A stretch of 64,000 nucleotides of DNA from Microbotryum violaceum (taxonomy: Eukaryota), in NCBI GenBank assembly GCA_001244265.2, contig CDLV01000014.1:310001-374000 (forward strand). Direction: 5' to 3'. How positions within the stretch are numbered: position 1 is the first letter of the stretch; each line of letters opens with the position of its first letter. Shown piece after piece: positions 14,402 through 28,521 of the stretch. Made by a program: the position numbers and the translations under genes. The notes under the pieces were generated by a model. That model had not been told where the DNA came from and did no database searches. It saw only the letters and a program-made list of their open reading frames with translations.

Positions 14402-16594
14402 ATGCTGCGTTTTGGTACGAGTTTCTTCCTGGGTTCAGCTCGTGCGGCTGCCCGATCTCCAGGTGCAGCCCCCCTCCGCGCCCCACCACAACTTCGACGG
14501 CCGATCCGCACCTTCCTCGCCCTCACCGCAACGACCTCGACCCTTGCAATCGGCTATGCTCTCCATCAATCGACGAATGAGCCGCTTTACGCTCGCTCGA
14601 GTGAGCCAGAACGAGGCTATGAGTCGCAGTCGCAGTCGCAGTCGCAGTTGCATCGGGGAAAACTCGGGAGTATCTCCCCGAGTGTCTTCTTGTCAGTCGG
14701 CGCGCTTTCCGGAGTCGAGTGCGGTCGAGCTCCAGCTAACTTTCACCGCGTTCACATATAGATGGGGTCGCAACGAGCACAACGTCGCATCACCTCAGAC
14801 ACCCGAGTCCGACATGGTCAAACGACCCAAGCTGGCAGCCCAGTTCACAGGAGCCATCTTAAGGGACTTGGTCCTTGCAGAGACCTATGGAGGTGCGTCG
14901 CAAACAACTTGAGTCGGTGCCATGATGTACAAACTCATCCTCTTCCTCTTCGCTCTCATGCACGCAGCCGCCGTTGATGAAAAGGGTGACGTTCTACAGT
15001 GGGGCTCCGGGTTCGATTCCTCCCCAGTGGCGACGGCGACCCCTCGACCGACACTACGCGGCTACGACGTCCTCAAACTCACCGCCACACCACACAAGAT
15101 ATTCGCCTTGACTCGTAAGGGCGAGGTGATCGTCTTCCCTAGCTCGAGTGAGCGTCAAGAGATTAACGAGGAGCAGAGGAGGAGCAATTCGAGTTGGTGG
15201 AAAGTGTGGGGGTCCACCGACCACGGCACCGATCACGAGAAGATTATGCCCGAGCAAGCGCTGGCAAAGGGAGAAAAGTGCGCAGCGGAAACTGGCTTCC
15301 AGACACTTCCTTCTCGACCTAATTTTGGACATTCTTGCTCTCCAGATTCGTCTCGCTCTCGGCCGGCGAGTCTCATCTGCTTGCGTTAACTTCAACCGGC
15401 CGATCGTTTGGTCTCCCGCTCGATCTCTCGGCGAACGTGTTTGGTCAACTCGGTGTGCGCAACGTCCAGCTCCTCTCGGTCCACTCTACATCGGTCTCTT
15501 CAGGAGCAGTGCGGGTCAAGCTTAACCCCGACCCGACATTGAACGAAGTCCGTCGCGAGCTACCCGCACCGCCGACTCGAATCGACCCTCTGCTCTTGCC
15601 GCCCGGTGCGACTGAGCTGCCCGTGATCGCCTCCCAACCTATCGCACCCGTTTCACGTCCCCGACGAACCGGGTCAGACGTACGATTGCATGATGATGAA
15701 TCCACTCAGCAAGCGATGGAAGAAGACATTCGTTTCTCGACCGTGTTGCACGAACTCCCAGCTCTGCGCGAGATTGAGATCGCCGAACTCGTGGCCGGTG
15801 CCAGGCATTCGCTCGCTCGCTTATCCGATGGTCGTGTTCTTGGTTGGGGAGCGAATGGCTACGGTCAACTCGGTCTCGGGGCGTCCCTTTCGTACCCTTC
15901 GATCCCTGCACCGACCGAGATTCCTCTGACGAGGTGTTACCCCAAAGCCGTTCGAGTGACATGCAACCGCATCGCCGCGGGAGGCAACCTCTCCTACTTC
16001 ATCGTCGATGCCGTTGACATCCCTACGATGAAGCAAACGATCGACCTCTTAGCAACGGGCAACGGTCAATTCGGAGGGATCGGGAACGGCAGTTGGGCCC
16101 ACCAAGCTTCGCCCGTCAAAGTCAAAACCATCTCTGGCTTGTTGGAATGGAGTGAAGAAATGGGTAAAGTCGCTCCTATCGCTATCAAGGACATCTCAGT
16201 AGGCAATGCCCATATCGCATTGGTGTTGGACAATGCGGTCGATCAAGGAGGCGTCAAGTTTGGGAGGGACGTCTTTGTGTGGGGCCACAATTTTTATCAT
16301 CAGTTGGGGACGGGCAAGAGGTCCAACCTCTCTACCCCGCAACATTTACCTCCCTTGCCTTACGCGGGGTTGATCGCTCCTCCTAAGAGGACCGTTGCCA
16401 GCGTCGAAGGAGCGACGGCAATGGAACAACAGCCGGAGAATGAGAGGACAATGGGGAGTGGGACGCTGAGCCCGATGCCTCATTCGAGGATGCAACTTGC
16501 GCCTGAGATTAAAGTGGGCAAGAAGGTCGTCGAGGAAGCGATCGTGGCCGGGGATGGGGGCAGTGCAGTGTATTGGAGGATCTTGAACCCTTGA
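14402..16594 (+). CDS. FMP25: Mitochondrial RCC1-repeat protein, Fmp25-like; multi-exon
   Basis: Arg-rich N-terminal targeting-like peptide plus a hydrophobic segment. RCC1 repeats: SAGESHLLALTSTGR, VAGARHSLARLSDGRVLGWGANGYGQLG, VFVWGHNFYHQLGTGKRSN. Confidence 0.7.
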
Positions 16595-17289
16595 ACCGGA
16601 TGAAGGACGAGCCTTTGGAGAGTGAGTGATTTGCAATCAATTGTATCTCGAACAGAATTTTCTCTATGTTACGATCGGAGCCAATGAAATCCGACCAACA
16701 AGTGTTACAACTGTTACAAAATGAGCGAGAGAGCACAATGCAATACAGGTAGTACAGAGGAGAAGGGTAATCAACACAACGCCAACCTGAACAAACCCCG
16801 AAACGGCGAGCAAGCGAGAATGCATTGATGTTACGAAAAGCACTGATGGAGAAAGACAGAGACCAGATCCAGGAAACGTCAAGACATCGCAAAACAAAAT
16901 CAGAAAATTAAACCAAAATGAGAGGGACATGAGTATGGTAGAATAATCAAACTCAGTCTCCACTGCCGGGGAAGGGCAATGTCGGAGTTTTGTAAAGCGA
17001 GCCTAGAGTGGTGGTGGCGATGAGCCGAAAGCGCAGGCGCTTTTTGCAATTTTTGGAAGAGGTCAAGCTTTTTGGTTGCCCCAATCGTATCCAATCTGGG
17101 CATGGTCCCAAGCGAAGCTGAGTATCCGTGCCGAGCGATCTTCCATCACTCCCGGGTTGGCATCGGCTCCTCCGCGGCAGTAAACGACAGTGGTAGAGGG
17201 TAGCCCGAGATGCCAAAACTGGTTGAGACACAAGATATAAGATGTCAGCGCGAAGGAAAGGGGGGTTTTTTTTTGACAGGGATGGCCAC

Positions 17290-18513
17290 TTACTCGATGC
17301 AGTCATAAAACGACTTGACAATCCCGGTCGTCCTGTACGACGTGAACGATGGTGGCGAAGGCGGCAAGCGAGCCGGGACCGACGAAGATCGAGGTGGTCG
17401 AGAGACCACATCAGAATTACCCCACAATGAAAAACTCGAAAGCGGAGGTACATGGATCGAAGAAAATTCGCTCCGAGGATGAAGGAAGAAGAGCTTCTCG
17501 GGGAAGGGCTTGTGAGGTTTCGGCGACAAGGGGGGTTTCGGCGCTGCGACGGTCAGTCTCGAAAGATCGAGAGCTAGCAGACTTCTTGCGTTGGATCGAT
17601 CCGATACCCATTGGAAAGAGTCGATCTCAGCGAAAGACTCGGTACTGGTGGCGAGGAGATCCGACGCAGCACCGGGACCTGGAGGCGTCGAGTCTGGCGT
17701 TAACGGCGGTGGATCGAAAGGTGGTGAGGACGAATAGTCTTCTTCGAGCGTCAACGGCCGCGAGCTAGCGATGAGAGGCAGGTCTATAGGGGGGGAGCGA
17801 GGAGGCGATAAAGAGAGACCTTCGAGGGAGAGAGTCGACTCGTCCTCATTCGCAGCAGCGGGTCTCTTGGCGGTGTGGGGCTTGAGCAGAGGCTTCTTTT
17901 GCTTCTCGCGATCGAGATCGAAAGTAACCTCGTCACGACCTCCGCCCTGATCGGCGACGAAGGCATGCGGGTCTTGCTCCAGGAAACCCGAATCGCTAAC
18001 GTTGGGATCGGCGACGTATATGGCCACGAAGTCGTCGTCCTCGTCGTCGGGATCCTCGAGCATCTCGTCTAGCACCGAGTTGAGCCAGCGCTCCTCCTCT
18101 TGCTTGCGCGTGAGCTCGAGTTGAAGCCGTTGCTGCTCTGCATCGACCTGTGGTGATCGCTGGGCAGGTATTGTTCGACCAAACACGTTCGAGAGTAGCA
18201 CGAGTTCGCGAAGTCCATTGGGTCCTCGACGACCTGTAAGATGGCCCTGTGCGGCTCGCTCCAATTTCGCTCGAGTAAGATCAAAAATGTCCGAGCTGGT
18301 CGTCGCGGTGTCGGCGATTTCTGTAGTCGAGAGTGCACGACTCGTTGATGCGGAGGTGCAGGCCGTGGTGCAGGGGTCAAAAGTAGTAGGCGGTAGTGGT
18401 ATCGAAGACTGACTGTTACTGAGTATGGATTGGGCGTTGGGGGAAGGATCGATCGAGAGCTGGCGTCGTTGATCGACGAATGAGTCAATCACAAGTTGCT
18501 GGTCCGGCGTCAT
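17290..18513 (-). CDS. Hypothetical low-complexity protein (about 407 aa) with a SERTA-like helical motif; possible short upstream exon from 18609
   Basis: Uninterrupted 407-codon ORF with acidic and Pro/Ser-rich tracts. Motif IFDLTRAKL..LRELVLLSNVF. Confidence 0.7.
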   Translation of the reverse strand: MTPDQQLVIDSFVDQRRQLSIDPSPNAQSILSNSQSSIPLPPTTFDPCTTACTSASTSRALSTTEIADTATTSSDIFDLTRAKLERAAQGHLTGRRGPNGLRELVLLSNVFGRTIPAQRSPQVDAEQQRLQLELTRKQEEERWLNSVLDEMLEDPDDEDDDFVAIYVADPNVSDSGFLEQDPHAFVADQGGGRDEVTFDLDREKQKKPLLKPHTAKRPAAANEDESTLSLEGLSLSPPRSPPIDLPLIASSRPLTLEEDYSSSPPFDPPPLTPDSTPPGPGAASDLLATSTESFAEIDSFQWVSDRSNARSLLALDLSRLTVAAPKPPLSPKPHKPFPEKLFFLHPRSEFSSIHVPPLSSFSLWGNSDVVSRPPRSSSVPARLPPSPPSFTSYRTTGIVKSFYDCIE

Positions 18514-20431
18514 CTGCGCGCGGAGTCACGTGAGCGAACCGAGCCAGCGAGCGGGCGATCGAGGGGATGTCGAACCGTAGTGAACGGTGGTCAGAGAAGG
18601 AAGAGTCATGGGGTTTGTGGTCAGTGATGAGAGTCTAAGGAGAGTGAGAGTATAGTCGCTCGAGGTGCTCCGAGAGGGCCGGAGTTGCGCGTCGGAGAGT
18701 TGCTCCAACTGCCGAATACTGGGCCTCATGGCGTGCAAGCTCGCCTTACACGTGCTTGCCCGCTTGCCCAGCAGCGTCACCTCGGCAGTCATTTGGACGG
18801 GCGTCGCACGGCGCACGGCGCACCTCGAGTCCTCACCCAAAGGTGGCGCAACCCCTTTGAAGCCACAGCTCAATCGAACGTCTCATCGGCAGCAGATCAT
18901 CGACAACCCATTGCCCTAATCATACTGTGAGCCATCCCACCACCTCCATGGATCGGCCCCTAGAGCCCCCCCGTCGCAGCTGCCACCGTCCTAAGCGCAT
19001 GCGCCGCGAGTCGTCCAGTCATGACCGAGTCAGGCGATCCGGAACGGCCCCCAGCTCAGCGTGCAGCTTACCGTCGCGTGGCCTCAATCTGTAGGCGATG
19101 GAAGTGTCAATCTTGTCATCGTCATCAGACTCTGGTTCCCATCTACCCGGTAACGATACGATGGCGATGTGAATGCAAGGCTGAGGCGAGCACGAGCGTC
19201 GAGACACGAGATGTGTACAAGCTCAGACCGAGTCGGAGTCGAAAGCTCCAAGTGGCGCCCGATAGCGATTTGTAAATCGGACGAACGGGCAAAATCCCGA
19301 GCGGGCCTGAGACACCGGCTCCTCTTGTGTTCCCGCAACCTTCAGGGTACTCAGCAGGAGAGCATTGAAAGCCTGGTAGAAATGTGACCAGAAAGCATAA
19401 ATCGACTTGAAATTCGGGCCCGGTGTGGAGGGACGTCGCTTTCGTCCTGCCGCTGTAGCGGATCGCCAGCTGAGATCGCCGAAACACTCGTTCGTGACTT
19501 AAATATTAGCGAGATCGAGGTGCGTCGAGGTCTCCGAATCTTAGATCGAATGCGCTCCCATTCTACTCATGAGCGACCCGAATGCTATGCTGAAATTTTA
19601 GTTTTTCCATTGACCGGGTTGAGTCGTCAGTACCACCTACTTTGTGTGCTCATTGCATTCTCACCATCAACGGCGCAGGTCATAGGCCTCCGATGCGCGG
19701 CTGGCTTGTGTTCGAACCGGCGTGCGGTCCAAGCGCGAATGACAAGCATTATCATCCCATGAGAATATTGCCGGGCAAAGTCGCAGTTAGTGGATCTCTG
19801 TTGTTACCAACACGTTCCTGAACACTCTTTGCAGCCAGTGAAGGGCCCATGCCGTTAGCTCCCTTTGTTGCCAAAGCCCCTGTCCAGCCTTTCGCCAAAA
19901 TCTGGCTCACAGTTCCCCCAAAGGTGTTCCGGTTCCGCCGTAGCACCCCCAATGCGTTAAATGATATGTCTGCAGCGACTCAGCAGGTAGGCACTGGAAC
20001 CTAGACTTGGGCATGCTGATCTTCTCAAAGCATCACTCCAGAAGTTATCGGCCCATCAGCAAGTGGAGTCCGGCCGCTACGGGATTTTTGCAGTGGATGA
20101 TTGTCTGGTCCTCAAATGTTTCGTAGAACTGAGACTAGCTTGGTGGATGTGGAGACAAGAACTTGTTTCCTGAATTACGGGCTCTCGGCCGTCGATTTGG
20201 TATCGGGGCGCTTATATGTGCTAGCCATCACCGGCCGCGGTGCCGGGCTTGCAGCGGGGCAGCAGCACTGCCAAATCTGACGCACAGTCGAGCGTGATCG
20301 CGAGCTCGGAGTGACCACGACGAGACCAGACGAGGCGGGGCGGCCGTTGCGCTGTTGGCCGGGGTAATTTGACTCGCACCGATCTCTCTTTTCTAACACT
20401 CCCCATACACACAAAGACACCGTACAAGGCT

Positions 20432-23150
20432 ATGTCGCCCAAGCCCGAAAACCAACCTACGATCGCCATCATTGGTGGAGGGTCAGTGCATCAGCTACTT
20501 TCACCTTGCCTTCCTTCTTCCCCGGCGCATGCCCCATCTTGGGCCCCACTCGGGGTTAAAAAGTTGAAAGGTCGCCGGGCTCGGAAAAGCAGCGGTCTTT
20601 TGCCCCACTCGTCGCACGCTGACATCCGGACTTGCTCACATCTTTTCCGCAGCCTTTCGGGTCTCACCCTTGGTCTCGAGCTCAAGAAAAACCTCGGCTT
20701 GGAAAACACCGTCACGATGTAAGCTTAACGGGTTCGGAAGGCACTTCCCTCGAAGGCGCGCCGATCTGGATGACGCCGGCATTCAGTCGACGCAGTGTCT
20801 CGGTGAGCCAGAGCGAGACAGGACACTCACGCCATCGGTTTCAACTCAACTGTCGCAACTCCCGCAGCTACGAGAAGCATCCTCATGATGTCGGGGGTAC
20901 CTGGCGCGATAACTACTAGTGAGTGCATTGCCTTCTTCACACAGCTCTTTACCCCGTTACCCTGCTAGCCTCCAAGTCGGAAGAGCGTGGCGGTTGTGTA
21001 TCTTGGAGAACAGTCAGAGATCTTCCATTGACTGTTCTCCACGTCTACTTCTCCAGCCCTGGATGTGCCTGCGATGTGCCATCTCATTGTACGTTACCCT
21101 CGGGGCCACCGGTCACCAACTTCACCGTTACCTGACTGATTAAGGATCATTCTTCAACTGGCACACAATCATCCAGGGTACTCACTTTCGACCGAACTGA
21201 ACCCTGACTGGTCGAGCAAGTACTCTGGCCAGGCTGAGATCCAAAAGTGTGGGTTTTCAAATTTTTATCCCGATTTTCCGTGCTTTTCCAGGCGATATAC
21301 AGGATGGCAAGTGATTGATCATCAGCGATTCCTAACAGACTGGCAAGGTATCTACAAGAAGCACAACCTGGCCAAGCAGACAAAGTTTGACAGCACCTTC
21401 ATCAAGGGTGAATGGGACGCGGTCGCGCAAGGCTACAACGTCGAATTCAAGCGCAAGGACGGTTCGACCTTCTCCATCAAGTGCGACGTACTTATATCGT
21501 GCATCGGTGGATTCTCGACCCCGCTTGACAAACCCCATGGTATGAAGGGGATTGACTCATTCAAGGGTCCCGTCTTCCACTCGGCTCGTTGGCGCAAAGA
21601 CGTCGACCTCAAGGGAAAACGGGTAGCCGTCATTGGCAACGGCTGCTCCGCTGCTCAGTGAGCACTTTTCAGATGCCCTGGAAAAGCCGATAAATGAGGC
21701 TAATCCACTGGATCTCATGCAGATTCATCCCGATTCTTGCTGAGGAAAAGTCGACCCAAGTCATAAACTTCAGTCGTACCCCCAGTACGTTCCTCGATCA
21801 CCCGTTGCTCTGGGACCAAAATTCTGACGCTATGACGTTTCGCAGGTTGGTTCGCACCGCGGGATCAGAAGGACTACTCCGGTGTAACCAAAGCAGCGTT
21901 CCGCTATGTCCCCGGCTTGATGCGTTTGTACCGCAACTTCATCGCGATCACGTCCGACTCGCGCTTCGTCGTTTGGTGGTTGCAATTCTCGACCTTGAGG
22001 CACTACGTCGAGGAGCAGATGGCCAACTACAGCCGTCAGAACTCGCCCGAGAAGTACCACGAGTGAGTCATTGTTTTCATCAGTCTAGACGGTCAAAATT
22101 GATCAACCTTGCCTGCCCAGCTTCTTGGTTCCCAAGTACCCCTTCGGCTGCAAGCGCGTCATCATGGACCCGGGCTACCTCCAGTGCCTCTTCCGCAGTA
22201 ATGTCGAGCTTGTCACCGACGGCATCTCGACCATCACGGAGAAAGGCTTGCTCGGCAAATCGGGCAAGGAGTACGAGTTCGACGTGCTTATCCTTGCGAC
22301 GGGCTTCGATGTCTCAGAAGTCGGCTTGGGCATCAACGTTGTTGGTCGTAATGGAAAGACCATGACCGAGCAGTGGAAGGAGCAGAATGGTCCCCAAGCT
22401 TACCTTGGAACGACCATCGCCAATTACCCCAACGTTAGTCGAACTCATCCTATAAAGTGACGTGATGTTTGAGGCTGATCGGGATCTTTGGACCTATTTA
22501 AGTTTTACTCGGTCCTCGGCCCTAACGTGGCGTCCGGAACGGCTTCGGTCGTCTACTCGACCGAAGCGCAGGTCAACTACATCGTCAAGATGATCGAACC
22601 CATGGTCAAGTATGGTGTCAAGTCGTTCGAGTGCAAGGTCGAGGTTGAGCAACAGTACAACGAGTACATTCAGAACCGACTCAGTAAGCTGACCGTACTT
22701 CTCGCGGCTCATGACGGAGAGCTTTGCTGACGCGCGCTCGTCTTGTCGTAGAGGGAACGGTTTGGAACGGAGGATGCACGTCCTACTACAAGTTGGGCGA
22801 GAAAGTTGTTGCGACCTTCCCCGGTCCGACGTCCGAGTTCGTTTGGCGCACGCGCAAGCCCAAGTTCGAAAACTTCACCCAAACCGGTGGAACGGTTCGT
22901 GTCGCCGCTCGCCATGCGCAGAAGAAGATCGCGAAATGGTTCACCTTGTTCGCGCTCATCGCCTTGTTTCGCAAGTTCGGGTACAAGAGGATCAGGAACG
23001 AGATTGTACTGTGGTTATTGGTGAGTCTGAGTGGTGTCGTGGACTGTACATTGTAGATTGGTACGTTACTGACCACCGCATCACTTTGAACAGATGCGCT
23101 ACCAAGAGGTGATCCCCATCATAAATCGCGTCCGAGGACGAGTCGAATAA
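20432..23150 (+). CDS. Flavin-binding monooxygenase, Baeyer-Villiger type; multi-exon
   Basis: IAIIGGGLSG (FAD site), GGTWRDNYYPGCACDVPSH, BVMO fingerprint FKGPVFHSARW, VAVIGNGCSAAQ (NADPH site), FGCKR, ILATGF. TAA at 23148-23150. Confidence 0.92.
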
Positions 23151-24906
23151 ATCGCGATGGCAACACGGACTACTGGAACTTTACCCCGCCCTTATATATC
23201 ATCTGCTATTTTAGTGTACGTTCTTGTTGGAATCAGGCAGCTTTTCGCACCGGCGGATTGCCGTGCTGCAGAGCGCCATGAGCGACGGGTTAAATCAGAC
23301 ATTTTCGCTCTATTGAAGCAGTTTCAGCTGTTTCGGCTTGTACGCCATATATGCGTGTGTCTCTTCATCTCGTAGGAGTTACCCAATCTGCATCGCATCA
23401 TTGGTTGGTCCCCAACACTCGAAAACTGGGTCTACTATGCCGTCAAGTTAAACACGCAGGAAACGGAAGGCTTCGAAGCGAGGGAAATACAGAACATGAG
23501 ACATTCGTGACGGATCTCGCAGTGCACAACCGTGGTCCGTATTCAGGACCACCACCCTTATCTCCGTATTAGACAAGGGGGACATGGGCCCGCGGTGTTT
23601 CGTAGTTGATCGAGATTCTAGTCATCGCGTCGAGGCTGCGAAGGTGGAACGCGTCGCGACGCCCGTTCCTCCTTTCGAAAAGACGTCAGAATTATGACCC
23701 GTTACTTTCATGCTTTTACGCGGGACAGGGTCGGGCACAAGACCCAATGCGAAACCAAATTTCAGGGAGGATCAGAGTGATCTACGTCGATGTACCTGAG
23801 TACGATGTCACTAGTTTGGAAGTCAAACTAAGTGACCCCGGATGAAGTTTAGCCGATCGTTGATACTGCCGTCGTCACCATCGAGTGAGCGCGCGTCCGA
23901 TGGCGTCAGCACAGGGCACTGAGCTTTGGTCCTTCATCTTATAGCTATAGAGATTGGGGACATTCTTCAGACGTTGCAGCAAAAACAGTAGCAGATGATC
24001 TCGTGGGGATTCAGCCATTGGGAACGTAGGAATTGTTTCTGTCCGGTTCTGAGGGTGTCCAAGTCAAGCACTAGCAACCCGACCGGAATTTACGGAGCGA
24101 ATCTCCCACGGGATTCGCTTCTGCACCTTGTTACATAACGCAGCAGAGCACTCAGAGTCAGGTATATTTGTTTTTATTTTCTAAATAAGGCACTGTTAGT
24201 CATGAACGGAGCTGCTCAAGACGTTGTAGGAGCTTTCTCCGGTGGAAAGGTTTCGTTGCCGAATTGAAGGACGTGGCAGACCGACGGCGTCGGGGTCCGG
24301 CACGAGCTCCTTGCACGCGCCTCAGTCGCGGCCTTGGCTTTCCCTCTCGACCTCCTCGTGCAGCCCAGTGTCCGTCGGCTGATCGCCCAGGACTCTCCTT
24401 GACCTCGAAACAATCGGTTCAGAGCTCCTGTTCACTTGTTGGCGCTCATTCGGCTCCTCTGCCCCTTCTCTTCTCCTTACGACGCCGCGCCTTCTACACC
24501 TCGACCCGACGACCGGTTGTCGCGTTACGGCCTCGAGCAGCATCGCGTGCCAGCACCAACTCGCGCCCACCCTTGGCACTCCGCAGGTCCCTGTAACAAA
24601 CCACGCATCCACTTGAAGAGCACCGAACGTCAGAACATCGGTTGATCCGTGCTCCGAGGAACCCGGGATCGCGCCTCTGACTACTTCCGATCGGGTGCTG
24701 GTACGTCGTGATCCGTCACCTCAAATTAACCCTCGCTCGCGCCGGCGTGGCGGGTGTCGTCGCGCCGTGTGCACGAGGCGACGAGGGCACATTGCAACGC
24801 GTGACGCGCCGTCTTCAGTAGGCGCTGCACGAAACAAAGAAAAGTTTTTCTGACCATCATCAATTCTCACTGGTACCTAGCGTAACTCGCATCGATCTTG
24901 CTCAAC

Positions 24907-27900
24907 ATGTCGCGTGAGGGTGTGCACGTAGCGTACAGGGGCTCGCCCATCTTTGGCAAGCTGGCCCCTGGGTCGCGCAACCTCTCGAGCGTGCCGATGC
25001 AAGCTTCGCATTCTTCCCCGGCGAACCTCACCTCACCTTCCCACGACACATTCAGGTCACCCATACCGCCTTCGCCATCTACGTGGGCCATGGGCGTCCA
25101 TGGCTCTGCGACCTCGTCCTCATCGCCCGCTTCGTCATTCCGATGCGACGCCGGATTTTCTTCGCCTTACGCGAGCTCGTACTCCACCGTCGCGTCCTCT
25201 CCCATGACAAAGTCCTCCTCCCTACAATTCTCGGCGGAGAGGCACGGAAGTTCAACGTCAAGCTCGCCGAGCTATGACATGATGTTGCAGGACCAACAAC
25301 ATACTCGGCCCGAGCTGCAACGTCGACTCACGGCTCCGGCCGTCCACTACGCGTCCGACTCGCCATCTCGTAGCGGCAGTCCCGCCGGAGTGGTGCGCCG
25401 TCCTCCGATTCCCAAACTGCGTTTCGACCCAGCGACCGAGGTCAAGCGAGGTGTGGCGAAGCAGAGCGATGATGCCAGTATTTGGCCAAAAGAAATCGAC
25501 GAAGCATTCAGGAATGGTGGGTTGTCAAGCGCTTTGTTCGGGAAATCGCGAGCTGACCTTGTTTCTCGTGAGCCAACAGCCTATTTCAACTTGCCCGAGT
25601 TGGGACGCCGCAAGGTGCTCGTCGACGGCAAGCCTGCGGGTCGCAACGAGCTTATCGCCCTCTACATCCTGGATCGGTGCCACCAAGAGCGCACGCGCAA
25701 GCAGATCTCGAGCCACATTCAAGTCATAAAGAATGCGATCATCGGTAAGCCCGCTAAAGTCGCTTGGGCTTTAAACAGAATTGAGAACAAGGTTCTGACA
25801 TCCCATCCTGCTCAATAGCCCAAGGACAGACCCAGACCTTCGAACCTCAGCGGACAATGCTGACCGACGCCGAGGCACGTTATTGGTTTCCGACGCACCA
25901 GATCCAATGCTTAGATGGATCATCCCCTGAGCCGATGCCTGGCGTTGAATATCAACCCCGAGTTCCACTCTACCCGAACTTCCCCATTTCTGTAGCGGCA
26001 AAGACAATGCGACCTACGGCCATGACGCCGATGATGCCGCAAACCGCCTATCCGATGACCCAGAACAGGCCCATAGCCGGACACCACGCGCCTTACTACC
26101 CTTCTGCCAAGTCGCTGTATGGCCCGATGCCACTCACCCCCACCACGACCCTCACACATGCTATAAGCAACCTTGGCTTACTCTCGGAGCCTTCCCCCGC
26201 GATTCGGTACGCCGAAACAGTGATGCCCGAGTCGCTGTGCTTCTGGGTGTCCAACGGCAAACCTAATGGCACCGAAGTGATGGCGAGACTCGACTCGGCA
26301 GACGCTGCAACCGGTTCGCAAAGCGTCTCCTTCATCGAAAGTTTACCTCCCGCGACAATCAGCTACGACCGCCTCATGAGCATGCACGACAAATACCAAT
26401 GCCCTTTCATACACGCCAAGCTCAACGTGACGATCCCGGACGAGAACTACTCGGGTCGCCACCTGCCAACGAAGTTTCACTCGAGCTATGTGCTGTCATC
26501 AACGCAGGAGCTCGACATATCCGTTGTCACTTCGATGTACATTGCCGGCGAGCTCCAGCGTGTCGAAAAGACGAGCTTGATCGAGCGCGTCTCGGTGGGC
26601 AGCCCCGCTTTGGGCTCCGACGTTTCTTCCCCCGTTTCAGCTGCTTCACCCGAGGTCCGCGATGCGTCGCAGTCGTCACAGAGGAACGCAAATGGCAAGA
26701 TCGAGTACAACGTGCCTTTCGGTGACAAGTTCTGGTCCTGGCTCTTTGCCAAGGAGGCCGAGATCTATGATGACTCGCATCAAATCGTCCCCACGCTCAT
26801 CTTCACCAAGAACAAAGAGGAGCTGGAGTCGTTCGCGAACATCGCGGAGGCGGTACTGGTGGTGCAAGAGTTCTCGGTGCACGACGCAGCAATGGCTTCT
26901 TCGAATGGCGAGGTCCAAAGCGAGGTCGTTCTCGTCGTGGCGCACACCGTTCACCTCCACGATCCCGCTTGGTCCGGCGGACCCTTCTCTGTGCTCTCGA
27001 CGTTGATCAGGAACCAGCCCGGTCCGCTACCTGGCATGCCCGCAGCGATGCCAATGCCGATGCCGATGCCGACGCAGATGCCGATGCCGGTTCCCAGTCC
27101 GGCCGAACGAATGCCACTCGCCATGATACAGAACCTGCCTCGACAGCCTACTCGCACGGGACCTTCTTCATCAAGTTTCGGACGTCGCCGCGGCAACTCT
27201 GTCAATAAGCCGAACCTCTCCCTGCAAATCCCCCCTCTGCCGAACTTTTCGTTTCAGCAGGCCCCGGGCCAAGGGGGAATTACGGCGGCCAAGGGTGGCT
27301 TGCACACACCTCTGATGCAGATCGTCCACACCCCGATGGACCCTCCTCCCTTCATCAGTGGTCCACCGCCTCCTCCCCATGCCCGAGCCCAGCGCAGCTA
27401 TTCGCAGTCTTCCATCTCGCCGTGGGACTGCACATCGCCGGCGTTCGCGGACCCGTACTCGGCCGAGCAAGGCGTGGGCATGCCTTTTTTCGGCGAGCAC
27501 GACGACCATCTCTCGACTTCCGTACAAGGCCATCTCAATAAGGCTCCCACGATGGCGGGGGCGCCCATGTTCCACCAAATGTCGACGATGCACCCCACTT
27601 CTCGCGCGATGATCGACAAGCTCACCGCCGAGGCCTTGGCGGCCGGCACACCGACGATCGAACACTTCCCCGGTATGATCGGCACCCCCATCACTCTACA
27701 TCCGACGATGAACGGAGTCGCGGGGACCAACAACGCCAGGCACCCCGTCAAAGTTGTGGTCTCGTCGACACCGATCGGGTCCCCCCTCATTTCGGCCCAT
27801 ACCCCTGTTCGGACGCCCGCCCTGGCCGTCTCGTCTCCCGCGGAGGAGGCAACGGCACCCAAGTCAGCTTCCAAGGTTTTAGCTTCGCATGAGGAACGCG

Positions 27901-27941
27901 ATTTCTTCTCCGGCCTCTTGGGCGAGTCCCGATATGCGTAA
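24907..27941 (+). CDS. TEA/ATTS-domain transcription factor (Tec1/AbaA family); start approximate
   Basis: Spliced TEA domain IWPKEIDEAFRNAYFNLPELGRRKVLVDGKPAGRNELIALYILDRCHQERTRKQISSHIQVIKN, then a long terminal exon (ORF 25857-27941). Confidence 0.88.
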
Positions 27942-28521
27942 TATAGCGCGGCGCTTCCGTTCTCCACGTCTCCCTCGCAACTCGCTGTCCTCCTTCTCAC
28001 TCAAGCATGATCTCCACTGCCCTACCCTCTTCCATGCATAACGCTCTCTTTGTACGGCTACCTCACGGACACGTGTACCTTCTGTCTTTTGTCCTCCGAT
28101 TCACAGTGTTCACACCCGCAACCATACCATAAAAGTCGGTCTGCTGGGTAGACTCGCGCATATTGGGTTGTCATCATCTTCATCATGTATTCATAACTTT
28201 CTTGATTTTCTCCGTCTTTCTATTTGTTTTGTTGCATCAGTTGCATAAGGACGGTTTTTTATTTATCTTTGAAGAAGCCTTGTGGCTTTTGGGCTTGTGA
28301 AGAGTACCCCGGGGACAAAGTGAAATTTGGTTGTAATACACCGCTTCATCGATCATGTTTACTGTACTTGCAGGACCAGGTGTCAAACAGCATCGAGAGG
28401 AAAGAGACCATGTCAATCAGTATGCGTCCGCCTCGAACACCCAAATCACTTCGGATGCAACTCACCAACTCATTCCTCCGTTTCGCCTTATCCTCCACAT
28501 TGACCTCCCTCTTTCTCCCCT

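Noticed and set aside
18526-18609. 27-codon uORF before the 407-aa ORF
   Set aside because: CGCAG directly before the ATG suggests a 3' splice site, so a short first exon explains it equally well.
23955-23970. TEA-binding site (CATTCT) upstream of the TEA gene, suggesting autoregulation
   Set aside because: A single 6-mer in about 1.7 kb is expected by chance.
27048-27090. ATGCCG/A tandem repeat
   Set aside because: It only encodes a Met-Pro low-complexity tract in the TEA protein.
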